A stretch of 64,000 bases of DNA from Octopus vulgaris (taxonomy: Eukaryota): NCBI GenBank assembly GCA_951406725.2, contig OX597841.1, positions 10,168,001 to 10,232,000 on the forward strand, in the 5' to 3' direction. The notes under the pieces were generated by a model. It saw nothing but the letters and a program-made list of their open reading frames with translations, had not been told where the DNA came from and did not search any database. The position numbers and the translations under genes were made by a program. This document shows positions 1 to 12,246 of this stretch, one piece after another. Position 1 is the stretch's first letter. Every line of letters begins with the position of its first letter.

Positions 1-336
1 AGCACGAGTTGGACAGTTTCACCAGGGTCTGGGAAGCCAGGAGGCTGCACCAGGCTCCAGTCTGATCTGGCAGTGTTTCTACAGGTGGATGCCCTTCCTA
101 ACGCCAACCACTCTGTGAGCGTAGTGGGTGCATTTTTCGTGCCGCCGGCACAGGTGCCAGGGGGCTGGCAATGCCCACGATCGGTTGGTGCTTTTTACGT
201 GTCACTGGCACAGAAGCCAGTCAAGGCGGCGCTGCAATCCGCCACGTTCGGATGGTACTTTTTACGTGCTGAAAGGAAGCAACAGAAAGTAACAACCACA
301 CTCTTACCCGCGCGTAGAGCGGGTCACCTTCAGCTA

Positions 337-420
<84 letters not shown>

Positions 421-536
421 GTAAATGTCGAACAATGAAAGTGAGAGCTCAACACCACATTGGTTTTCCAAAATGGAGGCAAACACCTTTCTCCATGTGA
501 ACTGTTTGAAAAATTGACATATATGTATATACATAC

Positions 537-578
<42 letters not shown>

Positions 579-636
579 GACATATATACACACATACATT
601 TATATATATATATGTGTGTGTGTGTGTGTTTGTATA

Positions 637-732
<96 letters not shown>

Positions 733-1335
733 TACACACACACACACACATCACACATCTTTTTTCTTTTACTTGTGTCAGCCATTAGACTGTGGCCATG
801 CTGGGGCACCACCTTGAAGAATTTTTAGTCGAATGAATCGACCCCAATATTTATTTCTTTAAAGCCTGGTACTCATTCAATCGGATCTTTTGCTGAACCG
901 CCAAGTTATGGGGACTTGCATATGTATACCCTCTTTTCTGGTTATTTACGAGTTGCATTCCATAAGTTTTGAGATTTTTGTTTCAGGAGAGACAGTTATA
1001 ACTGTGTTAGATTATTTCTTTCTTCACTTTTGCATATCATTACTCTACGTGTTAGACATGGAAATAAGCCAAGTTTTCTTATTCCCGATTGAACATTGCT
1101 GTAAGAGTGCTTTGAAGATTCCCTGCTAAACGCTGCTTGTTACGGTTGATTAGTTTGCAGAATGCAGTCGGGCAGTGAAGACACTTTTCAAGCTTCACTT
1201 GCAGAAACCTATGGAATGCTCCAGACTGACCATGGATTAATTTCTATGATCGGAGCATGTTTGCCATTGGCACAAGAGGCCAGGCAACCGGCAACTCATG
1301 ATGATCCCACCTCCTTTTCGACAGCAAAGGCAAGG

Positions 1336-1695
1336 AGGCGCAATGGCCCAGTGGTTAGGGCAGCGGACTCGCGGTTTCGATTCCCAGACCGAGCGTTGTG
1401 TGTGTTTATTGAGCGAAAACCCCTAAAGCTCCACCAGGCTATAGCAGGGGGTGGTGGCGGCCCCTGTTGTACTCTTTCACCCCAACTTTCTCTCACTCTT
1501 TCTTCCTGTTTCTTGTCCCCGACTTCCTACGCAACCACTGAGCCTAGATGCACATTCATCCATCGGTGTCGGGGGTTGACCTGCTGTCTCTTCTGCGGGT
1601 CTTACGAATAGCAAAGGACCACGTTTCGGACTTCTCCCACTCTGGAACGAAGACCGCTTCGCTCAACAAACAAAACAAACAAACAAACAAACAGC
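1336..1695 (+). mobile_element. tRNA-derived SINE
   Basis: Pol III A box TGGCCCAGTGG and B box GTTTCGATTCC in a tRNA-like head; (CAAA)n tail at ~1664-1693. Confidence 0.7.
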
Positions 1696-2121
1696 AATGG
1701 CTAAGTCGACCTTGGCGACTTTGAACTCAGAACATAAAGACGGGTGGCCAAAAGTCACTAAGCATTTCTCTCGGCCTGCTATCGATTCTGTCCGCTGGCC
1801 GCCTTCTGTTAAACTAACATTGGTTTCAAATTCTGACACAAGGCCAGCAAGTTCGGGGGAGAGGGGAAAATCGACAACATTGACCCCCCAGAGCTTGACT
1901 GGGACTTACTTTATCGACCATGAAAGGATGAAAGTCGACCTCAGTGGAATTTGAACTCAGAACTTAATACGACTACGCATTTCACCCGGCGTGCTAACTA
2001 CTCTGCCAGCTACCGCTAAACATTTAGTCCGGCATGTTAATAATGCTTTCAGCTGGCCATCTTCATTGACAATTACTCCGATGAATAATCTAAATTGATG
2101 CTTATCTCGTTTCAGCCAAAC

Positions 2122-2268
2122 ATGTATTTGCGTTTGTGTGTCCTGCTTTTGGCCGTGTCGCCCCTCATATCTGCTGACCTCCTCGACTCCGAACACTTGC
2201 GCCAATTCGTCCTTCAATTCCATAATGATCTCAGGGCAAAAGAAGGAGCCTCCGATATGATCAAACTG
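2122..2268 (+). CDS. CAP/CRISP-family secreted protein, first coding exon (signal peptide + CAP helix 1)
   Basis: ATG at 2122 after a TTCAG acceptor (2111-2115). Encodes MYLRLCVLLLAVSPLISADLLDSEHLRQFVLQFHNDLRAKEGASDMIKL: hydrophobic signal peptide, the CAP HNxxR motif and A(S/A)(D/N)M motif. Donor GTAGGA at 2269, phase 0. Confidence 0.9.
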
Positions 2269-2669
2269 GTAGGATCTCCGTTGTTCTTATTATTTATGTT
2301 GTTGTTGTCGTTATGGCTCTGGTTTTTGCCATAGTGGTGGAGGGGCTGGTGGTCAGATTCTTATTTTGGTGGTGGCGGAGGGTGGTGGTTGTTGTTGATG
2401 TTTAACCCCAGGTCAACTCCAACACTGTTTTAGCATCTTTATAGGGCCCCGGGTAAATCAAAGCACTGGGGCCTCTAGTATTTATTCGCAAATAGCAAGC
2501 CACAACATACATAAATCAGAATCAGGGGCCCCTAAATCTGTGAGGCCCCTAGGCAGCTGCCCAGTCTGAAGGCGGCGCTGGTAAACCCTGACTATACAGA
2601 CCTATGATCAAAGGCATTTCGGTCGTGACCATCCAATCTTTTTATGGATGTCTTTTTTTACACGTATCA

Positions 2670-2990
2670 GTTATTTGATTGCGACCATGCTGGAGCACCG
2701 TCTTTAAGAGTTTTAGTCGAACATATCGAATCATTACTCTTTTTAAAAGCCTGGTACTCATTCTAACAGTCTCTTTTGCTGAACCCTTAAGTTAATGGGG
2801 ACGTAGACAAACTAACACCGGTTGTCAAAACGGAAGGGTGGGAAGAAACACACACACACGACGGGCTTCTTTTAGTTTCCATTTGACAAATCCACTCACA
2901 AGGCTTTGGTTGGTCTGAGTCTATAGTAGAAGACACTTGCCCAAGGTGCCACGCAGTGGGACTGAACCTGGAACCATGCGGTTGGGAAAA
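2670..2990 (-). mobile_element. Abundant tRNA-derived SINE (family A)
   Basis: Reverse complement of the family recurring across the window (GGTTCAGTCCCACTGCGTGGCACCTTGGGCAAGTGTCTTCTAC...GTGCTCCAGCATGGCCGCAGTC). Confidence 0.8.
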
Positions 2991-3094
2991 TGATATTATC
3001 TAGCGCAGTAGTTCCCAACCTATTTTCCTGCTGACCCCTCTACAACTTTCCAGAACAATGTATCCCCCCCCCATCAGTGGTTGGTGTAGAATGT

Positions 3095-3245
3095 TTGCTG
3101 TGGTGGTAAGAAGCTTGTTTCCCAACCAAATGGTTCCGGATTCTGAACCACTGCGTGGAACCTTGGGTAAGTGTCTTCTACGATAGCCTCGGGTCGACCA
3201 AAGCCTTGTAAGTGGATTTGGTAGACGGAAACTGAAAGAAGCTCG

Positions 3246-3281
<36 letters not shown>

Positions 3282-3490
3282 CTCTGTGCCTGTGTTTATC
3301 CCTCCATCACCACTTGACAACAGTTGTTGGTGCGTTTGCGTCCTCGTAACTTAGCAGTTCGGCAAAAGAAACGGATACAATAACTACTTAGCTGAAAGAA
3401 TAAATCCTAGGGCTGGTTTGTTTGACTAAAAACCCGTCAAAGCGGTGCTCCAGCATGACTACAGTCAAATGATTGAAATAAAAAAAAAGA
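3095..3490 (+). mobile_element. Abundant tRNA-derived SINE (family A)
   Basis: TGTGGTAAGAAGCTTG head, CCTTGGGTAAGT CORE-like motif, internal (GT)n and a 3' GCTCCAGCATGACTACAGTCAAATG end. Further copies at about 20583-20990(-), 34708-34870(+), 35150-35320(-), 45600-45930(+), 58155-58520(+), 60327-60480(+) and 63734-64000(+). Confidence 0.8.
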
Positions 3491-4039
3491 ATTAAAAAAT
3501 TTAGATCCCCCACTCCATCACAATTTTCCTTGGCCTCACCAGCTCTGTATGTGTGCCCCACGCTGGGAATCACTAATTTAATGTATCTTTGCTTTGATTT
3601 GAGAGACATTTGGTAACTATTTCCTGCAGCTTAGAGACCACATAGATGCAGAATTGAAAAAAGTATTAAATTACACTCACTTTTATGTACAGACTTCCAC
3701 ATGTCTCACGTCTCGCTTATTTCCTGGAAGACAACCAACACCTTCATATTTTACTGGCCTCCTCTGAAAGGACAATACATCTTCCTCCATCCACTGCTGA
3801 GAGCTTCGAAAACCACAAACACCTGCAATATTTCTCTGCTCTCTGTAAAAAGGAAAAGGCATTTTCCCTCTTCCTTCATACTATAAGACCAACAGCCACA
3901 ACTTGGTCGCTTTTGTTACATTCTGTGGAATGACAGGATTTGAAACCTGAAACTTTTCACTCTTCAATGTCAATAGAAATTATCAACGTTCTACCTACCT
4001 AACTACTACTTGTCCGTATAGCCATCCAAACCTACCCAC

Positions 4040-4570
<531 letters not shown>

Positions 4571-4577
4571 TCTACAG

Positions 4578-4792
4578 GCTTGGAGCAAACAACTAGCAAC
4601 AGAAGCCGATAAATGGGCCCATAAGTGTGTGTTTGATCACCAAAGGAAGGGCCGAGGTGAGAACCTTGCCTTTGACAGTAACGCAGGCACTATCAAGGAC
4701 CTCATCCGGTCTGAAATGCAAGGTTGGTTCGATGAAAAAGAGATTTCTACCGAAGCGCTTCATCGTGTGGCAGCAGTTGTCACTATACTCAG
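4578..4792 (+). CDS. CAP/CRISP-family protein, coding exon 2 (1-nt frameshift as assembled)
   Basis: Acceptor TACAG at 4573-4577. Reads AWSKQLATEADKWAHKCVFDHQRKGRGENLAFDSNAGTIKDLIRSEMQGWFDEK, then in a shifted frame RDFYRSASSCGSSCHYTQ, followed by donor GTAAAT at 4793. The exon is 215 nt; one extra A in the run at 4735-4739 restores the frame. Confidence 0.88.
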
Positions 4793-5171
4793 GTAAATGT
4801 TGTACTTCTTTTTTAATTTTGACTCAAGGCCAGTAATTTTGAGGGTTGGCAGCAAGTTGGGGACACCGACCTCAGTATTTGACTCATTTATTTTATCGAC
4901 CCTTAAAAGATGAAAAGCAAAGTGTTTTGTTCGATGCGCAAATGCCTCTCACCCCTTTGATAAAAATAATTCTTTATTCTATAGGCTTAAAATGCTGTGT
5001 GTGTGTGTGTAGGGGGCGTACTAGTCGATTACATCAATCCCAGTGCTGGACCTCGAAAGGATGAAAAGCAAAACCGACATCGGCGTCGAAATTTGAATTC
5101 AGGACGTAAAGACGGTCAAAACGCCGCTTAGCAGTTTGTCCGGCATGCTAACGATTTCGTCCGCTCTCCGC

Positions 5172-5219
<48 letters not shown>

Positions 5220-5224
<5 letters not shown>

Positions 5225-6220
5225 GAGCACTCAACGCAAACCTCCGCCAAGGCCGCACCAACGTCCTCTCAACGATTTGCCGGAGAATACTAAAAATGAA
5301 CCCGACCGCTCTCGAAAATTAAGTAAAAAGAGAACGGAAAAATAATCCAGAATCCTTGTCCGGTACCTGATCGATCCCAGTGGTAGTCATGGAATGTGAA
5401 GGTGGGTGGGTAGACCGTGTTTGTAATGCTGTGTGTGTGTATCGTCTGCAATGGGAACAGGGGACAGTTTTCTCTATGAAGGCCTTATTTAGTCTATCCA
5501 CCGATATAGTTTCTTTACGACCATTAAGGTCTACAGTGAAAAATTTATCCGTGCCTGAAAGAAGACGGAAAGGACCTGCATTTGGTGCTGTTAACGGAGG
5601 TTCAAGAACATCGTTGCGCACAAAAACGTGAGTCCAAGGAGTAAAGCTTCCTTCATGGCAGAACTAGAAATGCAATTGTCAATTAGGTAAGAGGTTTTAA
5701 ACAGGAACGATATATTCAAAATTGGTAAAACTAAAGATTGCCGAGGATAAATTAAATTTATTATTGTTACTGGATATGCTAATGTTATTTAATTTCTGAA
5801 GGGTTTGATGCCATTTCTTTATGTAGTTTGATTTCTTTATCCATCAGTTTCGGCTAAGATAGAGACGCGAGTAAAATTAATAATAAGAGAAACGAAAATA
5901 AAACTTTGGGAACAGCAACGCCGCCATAACTTACGTGGAAACCATGAGCGAGCTTTCAAGGGAGTTAATAAGAGAAAGACTTGAAAGTCAACGTAAGATC
6001 GTAATACTTCATGTAAAGTAAATGTAATAAATAATCCAGAATCCTTGTCCGGTACCGGATCGATCCCAAAATCTAATCAGTTCGTGCCAGTTAGGAGGCC
6101 AAACATCCCAGAACGTTTCATCCGAATTCATCCAGCAGTTCTTGAGATATCTTGTCCATGCACAAACAAACAAACATGACTGAAAACAATGCCTCTGCCT
6201 TCGCTAAGGCGGAGGTAATA
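5220..6220 (-). mobile_element. Helentron-associated non-autonomous element (HINE/DINE-1-like), copy 1
   Basis: On the minus strand: 5' TTATTACCTCCGCCTTAGCGAAGGCAGAGG (subTIR plus short inverted repeat), a (GTTT)n tract, and a 3' GGCGGAGGT subTIR followed by a short hairpin-like end. Sits in (TTA)n. This matches HINE architecture. Confidence 0.7.
5440..5660 (-). pseudogene. Gypsy LTR-retrotransposon integrase C-terminal (GPY/F module) fragment inside HINE copy 1
   Basis: VFVRNDVLEPPLTAPNAGPFRLLSGTDKFFTVDLNGRKETISVDRLNKAF matches the GPY/F module pattern L.P.Y.GP(F/Y).V......V.....VS.DRLKPA. Confidence 0.75.
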
Positions 6221-6432
6221 ATAATACAAATAATCCTTTCTACTATAGGCACAAGCCCTGGAATTTGGGGGAGGGGGTCAGTCGATAAGACCGACCCCAG
6301 TACGCAACTGGTGCTTAATTTATCGATCCCGAAAGGATGAAAGGCAAAGCCGACCTAGGCGAAATACCTGTAAGCATTTCGCCCGGCAGGCTAACGATTC
6401 TGCCAGCTCATCGCCTTAATAATAATAATAAT

Positions 6433-6482
<50 letters not shown>

Positions 6483-6498
6483 TGATGATGATAACAGC

Positions 6499-7096
6499 AA
6501 CAAGAGCACTCAGAAAGCGCAAACCTCCGCCAAAGCAACACCAACGCCCTCTCAACGATTAGCCGGAGAAGATTTTTTAAATGAGAATATCTGAAATAAA
6601 TTCGACTGCTCTCAAAAGCCAGAAAACTAAAAATGAAGCCGACCTCTCTCAAAAATTGAGTGAAAACACCGGAAAAATAATCCAGAATCCTTGTTTGGTA
6701 CCTGATCGATCTCAGTGGTAGCCATGGGATGTGAAGGTGGTTGTAGAAAATTTAGTGACAGTAATAAATAGTTTATCCTTATCTAATACAAGCCAAACTT
6801 AACAAATTCACTATTCAAAATAGTTACAGCCTAATGGGAATTAATTGAGAAAGACTTGGAAGTTAACGTAAGATCGTAATCATGCAGAGTAAAGTAAATA
6901 TAACAAATAATCCAGAATCCTCGTCCGGTACCGGATCGATCCCAAAATTTAATCAGTTCGTGCCAATCACGAGGCCAAACTTCCCTGAAAGTTTCATCCT
7001 AATCTATCCAGCGGTTCCTGAGACACCTTGTCCCCGGACAAACGAACAAACACGACTGAGAACAATACCTCTGCCTTTGCTAAGGCGAAGGTAATA
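6499..7096 (-). mobile_element. HINE/DINE-1-like element, copy 2
   Basis: Same termini and body as 5220-6220 (AATAATCCAGAATCC...GATCGATCCC twice; 3' GGCGGAGGTTTGCGCTTTCTGAGTGC hairpin) but with a different, shorter middle. Confidence 0.7.
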
Positions 7097-7369
7097 ATAA
7101 TGATGATGATGATGATGATGATGATGACGATTTCAAATTTTGCTACAAAGGCAGTAATTTTAGGGTGAGGGAATGAGTCGATTACATCGAAGTCAATGTT
7201 CAACTGGTACTTATTCTATCGCGCCCGAAAGGATAAATGGCGAAGTCGACGTTGGTGGAATTTGAACTCAGGACGTAAAGTCGGAAGAAATGACGCATTT
7301 TACCCAGCATGCTAATGATTCTGCCACGTCGCCGCCTTTAGTTAGACTAATATTAAAAACTGAACTCCG

Positions 7370-7850
7370 CGCTAGAAATAAATGATATAACTACGCTAGC
7401 CTTACCAGCCATAAACTGCAGTTTGAATATCATAAACTGGAACCAAGTAAATTGAAAAGAAACATTGGAGAAAGCAGAGAATTACTAACAGCATACTGAA
7501 GTCACCATCCCAAAACAGACATTGACATAATACACCGGAAGGAGGGCGTGGCCTGACACGAATAGAAAACTTCTGCAGATAACAACAGCTGAACTGGACA
7601 AATATTTAGAAAGAAAGAATGAAAGATTTATGAATGTAATAAAGAAATGTGAAACACAGACAGAAGAAAGTCTTTTCTACTCACGAAGAAGCGATAAAAT
7701 ACAAAGCAGAAATCGATTACATCGAAACAATAAATTTCAATAACAACACAATAGAAATAGTAAAACATACAAAAAAAAACAACAGAAAGAAATCTACAAA
7801 ACATACTTTAAAGAGAAATGGAACGAAAAACCACTCCATGGTCAACACGT
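7370..7850 (+). mobile_element. Decayed R4/Dong-clade non-LTR retrotransposon fragment (post-RT region)
   Basis: Translatable pieces TLALPAINCSLNIINW, HHPKTDID, EGGRGL and WNEKPLHGQ, typical of R4/Dong ORFs; many stops and indels. Confidence 0.65.
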
Positions 7851-9271
7851 TGCAAGGCTTGGCACTTTTAGTTCGATTACATCAACTCCCAGTATTTGAC
7901 TGACATTTTATCGATCTGGTCGGGATGGAAGGCAAATATGATCTCGATGAGATTTGGCTTAGAAGAAATATCGCTTAGCATTTATTGCGATGCTCTACCG
8001 ATTCTATTCAAATTTTCCTTGTCTTGGTTCTCTGCTGACTGAATCGGTTGTGCCTGCACCAAGGTCAACTGTTTGTCAATGATTGTTGCAAGAACTACCG
8101 CTGTCCGTGAGAAATAGGACAATGTTTGTATACACAGTATTGGATGGTCGTTGACTGTAATAAGTTTGTCCGTCCTTTGACAAGTTTTAACTATCGCAGA
8201 GAGCCCAAGCACTCTCCTAATTAAGCAAGAGATCAATAATTTCTTACGTTTATAAATTAATTTGGACTTACACTTTCAGATTTCTAATGCCTCTATGCAA
8301 CAAAAATTACAACTACCTCAACCCATTTATAAAGAAGTGAGTACATATAACGGACAATGAATAATATTAATTAATGTCCTATCCATAAGTTAATGAGGTG
8401 TTAAGTAGTTTTCGTTTTTTATTGAAAGAATACATGTGATTATTTCATCGGGAATTGAATTCTGACCTATATAGTAGTATATTTTATCAGGTCTTTGTGC
8501 AGAACATTATACATTAAATAATACATTTCTGAACTTCGCTGGATAATAAACGTAGTAATATGCGTAACTGTAGGAATCATTATAAGTGTTCTTCGGGCAA
8601 GCAGTGCCTTTGGGGAAATTTAGTGTGTGTTTATGCATGTGAGTTTGTGTCTGTTTGTGTTTGCATGTGTACGTATGTGTATGAGTGTATTTGTGTGCGC
8701 GCCAGTATGTATGTATGTGTGCATGTATGTGTATGAGAATATGTGCGTGTATGTGTGCATGCGTACGTATGCATGTATATGTATGCATGTGTGTATGTGT
8801 GTATGTTTGTATGTGAGCGTATATATGTGCAAATACGTATGTGTATCAGTGTGTATATGTGTGTAAGTGCGCGTGTGTCTGTGTATGTGTGTATGCATGT
8901 ATGTGCATTTGTGTATGCATATGTACGTGTGTATGTGTGTGTGTGTGTGTGTGCACGCACATGCCTATGCGTCTTCATGTTTGTGTTCAATTCTATACTG
9001 GCCTAAAAAAACACTGCTATTTTTGTTTGCATGACTTACTGATTCGACAAACAGAGATTGATAACATAAGATACCAGACAGATATTGGTACTGAGTTCGA
9101 TGTGACTGATTTAAACCATTGAAATTCACGGCCATGCCACGACATAGCACAGAACGGTTGCAGTCCAAAAGCTGGACTCAATACAAGAGCGAAAGTATAG
9201 AAGAAAGACCTCTCCTCACTCACTAACATCCACCACTATGAATGATATCTTTTCCTTTTCTACATCCACAG

Positions 9272-9387
9272 ATGGTGTGGGCCAACACAACACACGTCGG
9301 CTGTTCAGCTATTAATTGTCCCAGTTTACAGGCTTTTGGCCGTTCAGTGAGCAATGCTAAATATTTGGTCTGCTTCTACTATCCCAG
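9272..9387 (+). CDS. CAP/CRISP-family protein, coding exon 3
   Basis: Polypyrimidine tract and CAG acceptor ending at 9271. Encodes MVWANTTHVGCSAINCPSLQAFGRSVSNAKYLVCFYYP(R), completing CAP signature 1 (HYTQMVW...VGC) and most of signature 2 (YLVCxYxP). Donor GTTGGT at 9388, phase 2. Confidence 0.9.
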
Positions 9388-9439
9388 GTTGGTACCGACA
9401 TTTACTCTTACATCTGGCCTCAGGATGTTGCTCTCAAAA

Positions 9440-9497
9440 TTTCTTTCTTTCTTTCTTTTTCATTCTTTCTGTCTTTCCTTCTTTTTCTTTCTTTCTC

Positions 9498-9528
<31 letters not shown>

Positions 9529-9870
9529 GTTTCATTCTTTCTGTCTTTCCTTCTTTTTCATTCTTTCTGTCTTTCCTTCTTTCTCTCTTTTTCATTCTTT
9601 CTGTCTTTTCTTCTTTCCTTCTTTATCATTCTTTCTTCCCTATTTTCCTACATTTTCTCTTTCCTTCTTGCCTTCTTTCATTCATTCTTTGTTTGTTTCT
9701 TTGTGTTTCTTTCTTTCTTTCTTTCTTTTTTTTTCTTTCTTGCGTTCGTTCGTTCTTTCTTCCTTCCTTCATTCTTTTTCTTTCTTTCTTTCGTTCGTTC
9801 TTTCTTTCTTTTTCTTTCTTTCTTCCTTCCTTTCATTCTTTTTCTTTCTTTCTTTGTCTGTTTCTTTATA
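9440..9870. repeat. CT-rich low-complexity tract (CTTT)n-like
   Basis: Direct reading; explains the F/S/L-rich tail of ORF 9242..9964. Confidence 0.9.
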
Positions 9871-12121
9871 TTTCCGTCTGTCCGTCTGTCTGTTTGGCTG
9901 GTTGACGACCTGTGTATGTGCGTGTGCCTGTCTATGTGTATGTGTGTACGTACATATGTGTTAGTATGTGTGTATGCATGTGTATGAGTGTGCGCGCGCG
10001 CGCGCACATGTCCATCTGTCTCCATATCACACACACACACACACACGCCCCTTCATTCACCTGTTTACTTGTCTATCCAGCTGTTTGTCTATCCGCCCGT
10101 CAGTTTGCCTGTCCATCCACTTGTCTGTCTATCTGTCTGTCTGTCTCACTGTCCGTCCGTCTGTCCATTCATCTATCTGATAGCCTTTCCGCCCACCCGC
10201 CTGTCCGTGTGTCTGTCCATCCGTCCGCCTTGTTTGTCCGTTCGTTTGTCCGTCTATTTGTATATATACGAACATTTTTGAATATATTGATATTGTATAG
10301 TATTTGCCCTTGGATGTATACGCAGGGGATTTTGTTTACGGAAGACTGGGTTGGAGTACCTTTTGGCTTGTGTATAATACGCACCCCTTAACTTGAGTCA
10401 AGGAGACTGAAAGGCGGAAGTATAACGTGTCTGAACAAGGGATAATCAACGTCATTAAAAGATATAACTAAGGGCAGAGAGATAAGTAGCAAACAGATAA
10501 GAAATAACAGTAATAACGTGTAAGAAAAGATGAAGTGGAATGACAAGAGAAGCGATTCTCTTTAGCCAAAAGAAATTTCTGGAACACAACATCGGAACAA
10601 TTGGATTGCAGAAAGCTTGAAAATATTACAAGAATTATAGAATGAGCGCAAATGACATGCTTATTTGCATATTTTGATTTACGTTGCTGTATCAACAGTA
10701 AAGAACAGCAACTCATATTTTATCGTTCGTTTTGTCAAATTTTTGAGGAATTTACTTATTTTAGAAAAAGGCTGAATGACTGTTGAAATTTGGCGACCTG
10801 AAGTTCATTCTGTTGTAAATACTTTATAGTTTAGCCAGATGTACATTGTTTTGTTTTCTTGAAAGACATATTTGATGTGTAGCATTGAGCAATACTTCGT
10901 TGTTAAATCCCTACACAGATGTTTGGTGTTCTTAGTGGCGTATTCTGTTGCCTTGTGCTTGTTGGGGGCAGTTGTGTCTCACCACCACTTTTCATTTTAA
11001 CTTATTTGCCGGCTGTTTTGGAGGATATCACAAGGACACTTGCAACAATTATATCCTAAATACGATATGCTGCCACTTGGCTTTTCGAAATTCATGCGGT
11101 GGTCTGCGCTAAACCTGTGTATAAGCATTCTCACGTTGGATAAGGAGCAACACCTTGTTTCGTAAAATTGTATGCCAGATTATTATTTTTTAAATTATTC
11201 ACGTTCTTATTTCAAGATTTTTTTGCCAAAATGAAAGAACCTGTTTCTAACATCAGATGGGCTATTCTTTTATTGAACTTCATTGTTTCAGGTTATACTT
11301 GTATTTGTGTATGCATGTGTGTTATTATTGGAGTCAGCATGTGAATAATGCTGTTTTTATGTTTTATGTATATGTATGTATGTATGTATGTATTTTGTGT
11401 ATATGTTGATTGTTTGTTTTGACACTGGTAGCAGTAATGAATGAAAATATGTCCTATACTTTGCCGAGAATTAATCAATTTCAGTGTTCAATGATATTAC
11501 ATCACCTGGCAATGACCTGTCAGTACGGTGAAATGTTCAGGTTTGAAGGAAGTATTTTGTACCTCTGTTAGTTTCAGTCATTGACTGCGGCCATGCTGCA
11601 GCACCACCTTGAGGGAATCGACAATATTCGGAAAACTTCGTATTCTATTGGTCTCCGCTAAGTTACGGGGATTCACACCAACACGGTGAATGCAGGAGGG
11701 GACTCGACACACACACACTCTCCCCCACCACACAAACACAGCACCCTATATTATCACCTGTTCACAACCTATTCCAGTAGCCGAAATTTAACATCCAAGT
11801 TCAAACGGGACGAACCAGAAGTAGTTTGCAAGAAGATCACACAGACAACAAAGTTTGTATGTAGATTATTATTCAGATTTCAAGACCAAATGGAGAACCT
11901 GTCTCGAGGCTTTCATTGATGCAACAACAATGTAGTGTAAATTGAATGTATGGTATACAGCATGTGGAGGCTTCTTTGTAAGTATACATAAGTCTGTGAC
12001 ATGAGATGAGATGTACATGAGATGTAACATTGTTGTATTGCGGATTTGATCAGGATGTGAGTGAATGAAAATAACTGTCTGTGTGATTCAATGTCAGTGA
12101 AGTATAAATCGTGTGGCACAG

Positions 12122-12246
12122 CCTACTGTTTGTGAAGACAAGAAAACGTCCTGTGGAGTAGGCGGTACCGACCAACTCAAATCAATAAACTTCGAGCCCG
12201 TGAAATCCCAAACAATGCACACATTTCTGCGGACTTCGGAAATGCA
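12122..12246 (+). CDS. Possible garbled internal ShKT-domain exon of the CAP gene
   Basis: After CAG at 12119-12121 reads PTVCEDKKTSC..., and in a shifted frame KQCTHFCGL. These match the CxDxxxxC and CxxxCxxC ends of an ShKT domain, but the stretch is frameshifted and lies in a noisy region. Confidence 0.35.

Noticed and set aside
330-830. YIYIYI / HTHT / CVCV ORFs here and across the window (e.g. 8500-9100, 19000-19960, 27500-29800, 44760-45300)
   Set aside because: Translations of (TA)n, (CA)n and (TATG)n microsatellites, which lack stop codons; no coding signal.
1565-1615. Possible HDV-like ribozyme in the SINE 3' part (TGCTG...CGAATAGCA)
   Set aside because: Could not assemble P1, P1.1 and P4 pairings by eye; only a partial resemblance.
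9388-9964. Long hydrophobic F/S/L tail of ORF 9242..9964 as a transmembrane extension
   Set aside because: Read-through of the exon 3 donor into a CT-rich intronic tract.
10326-10380. Candidate CAP exon 4 after the CAG ending at 10325
   Set aside because: The phase-compatible frame gives GFCLRKTGLEYLLACV-stop, lacking the expected GN and hinge cysteines.
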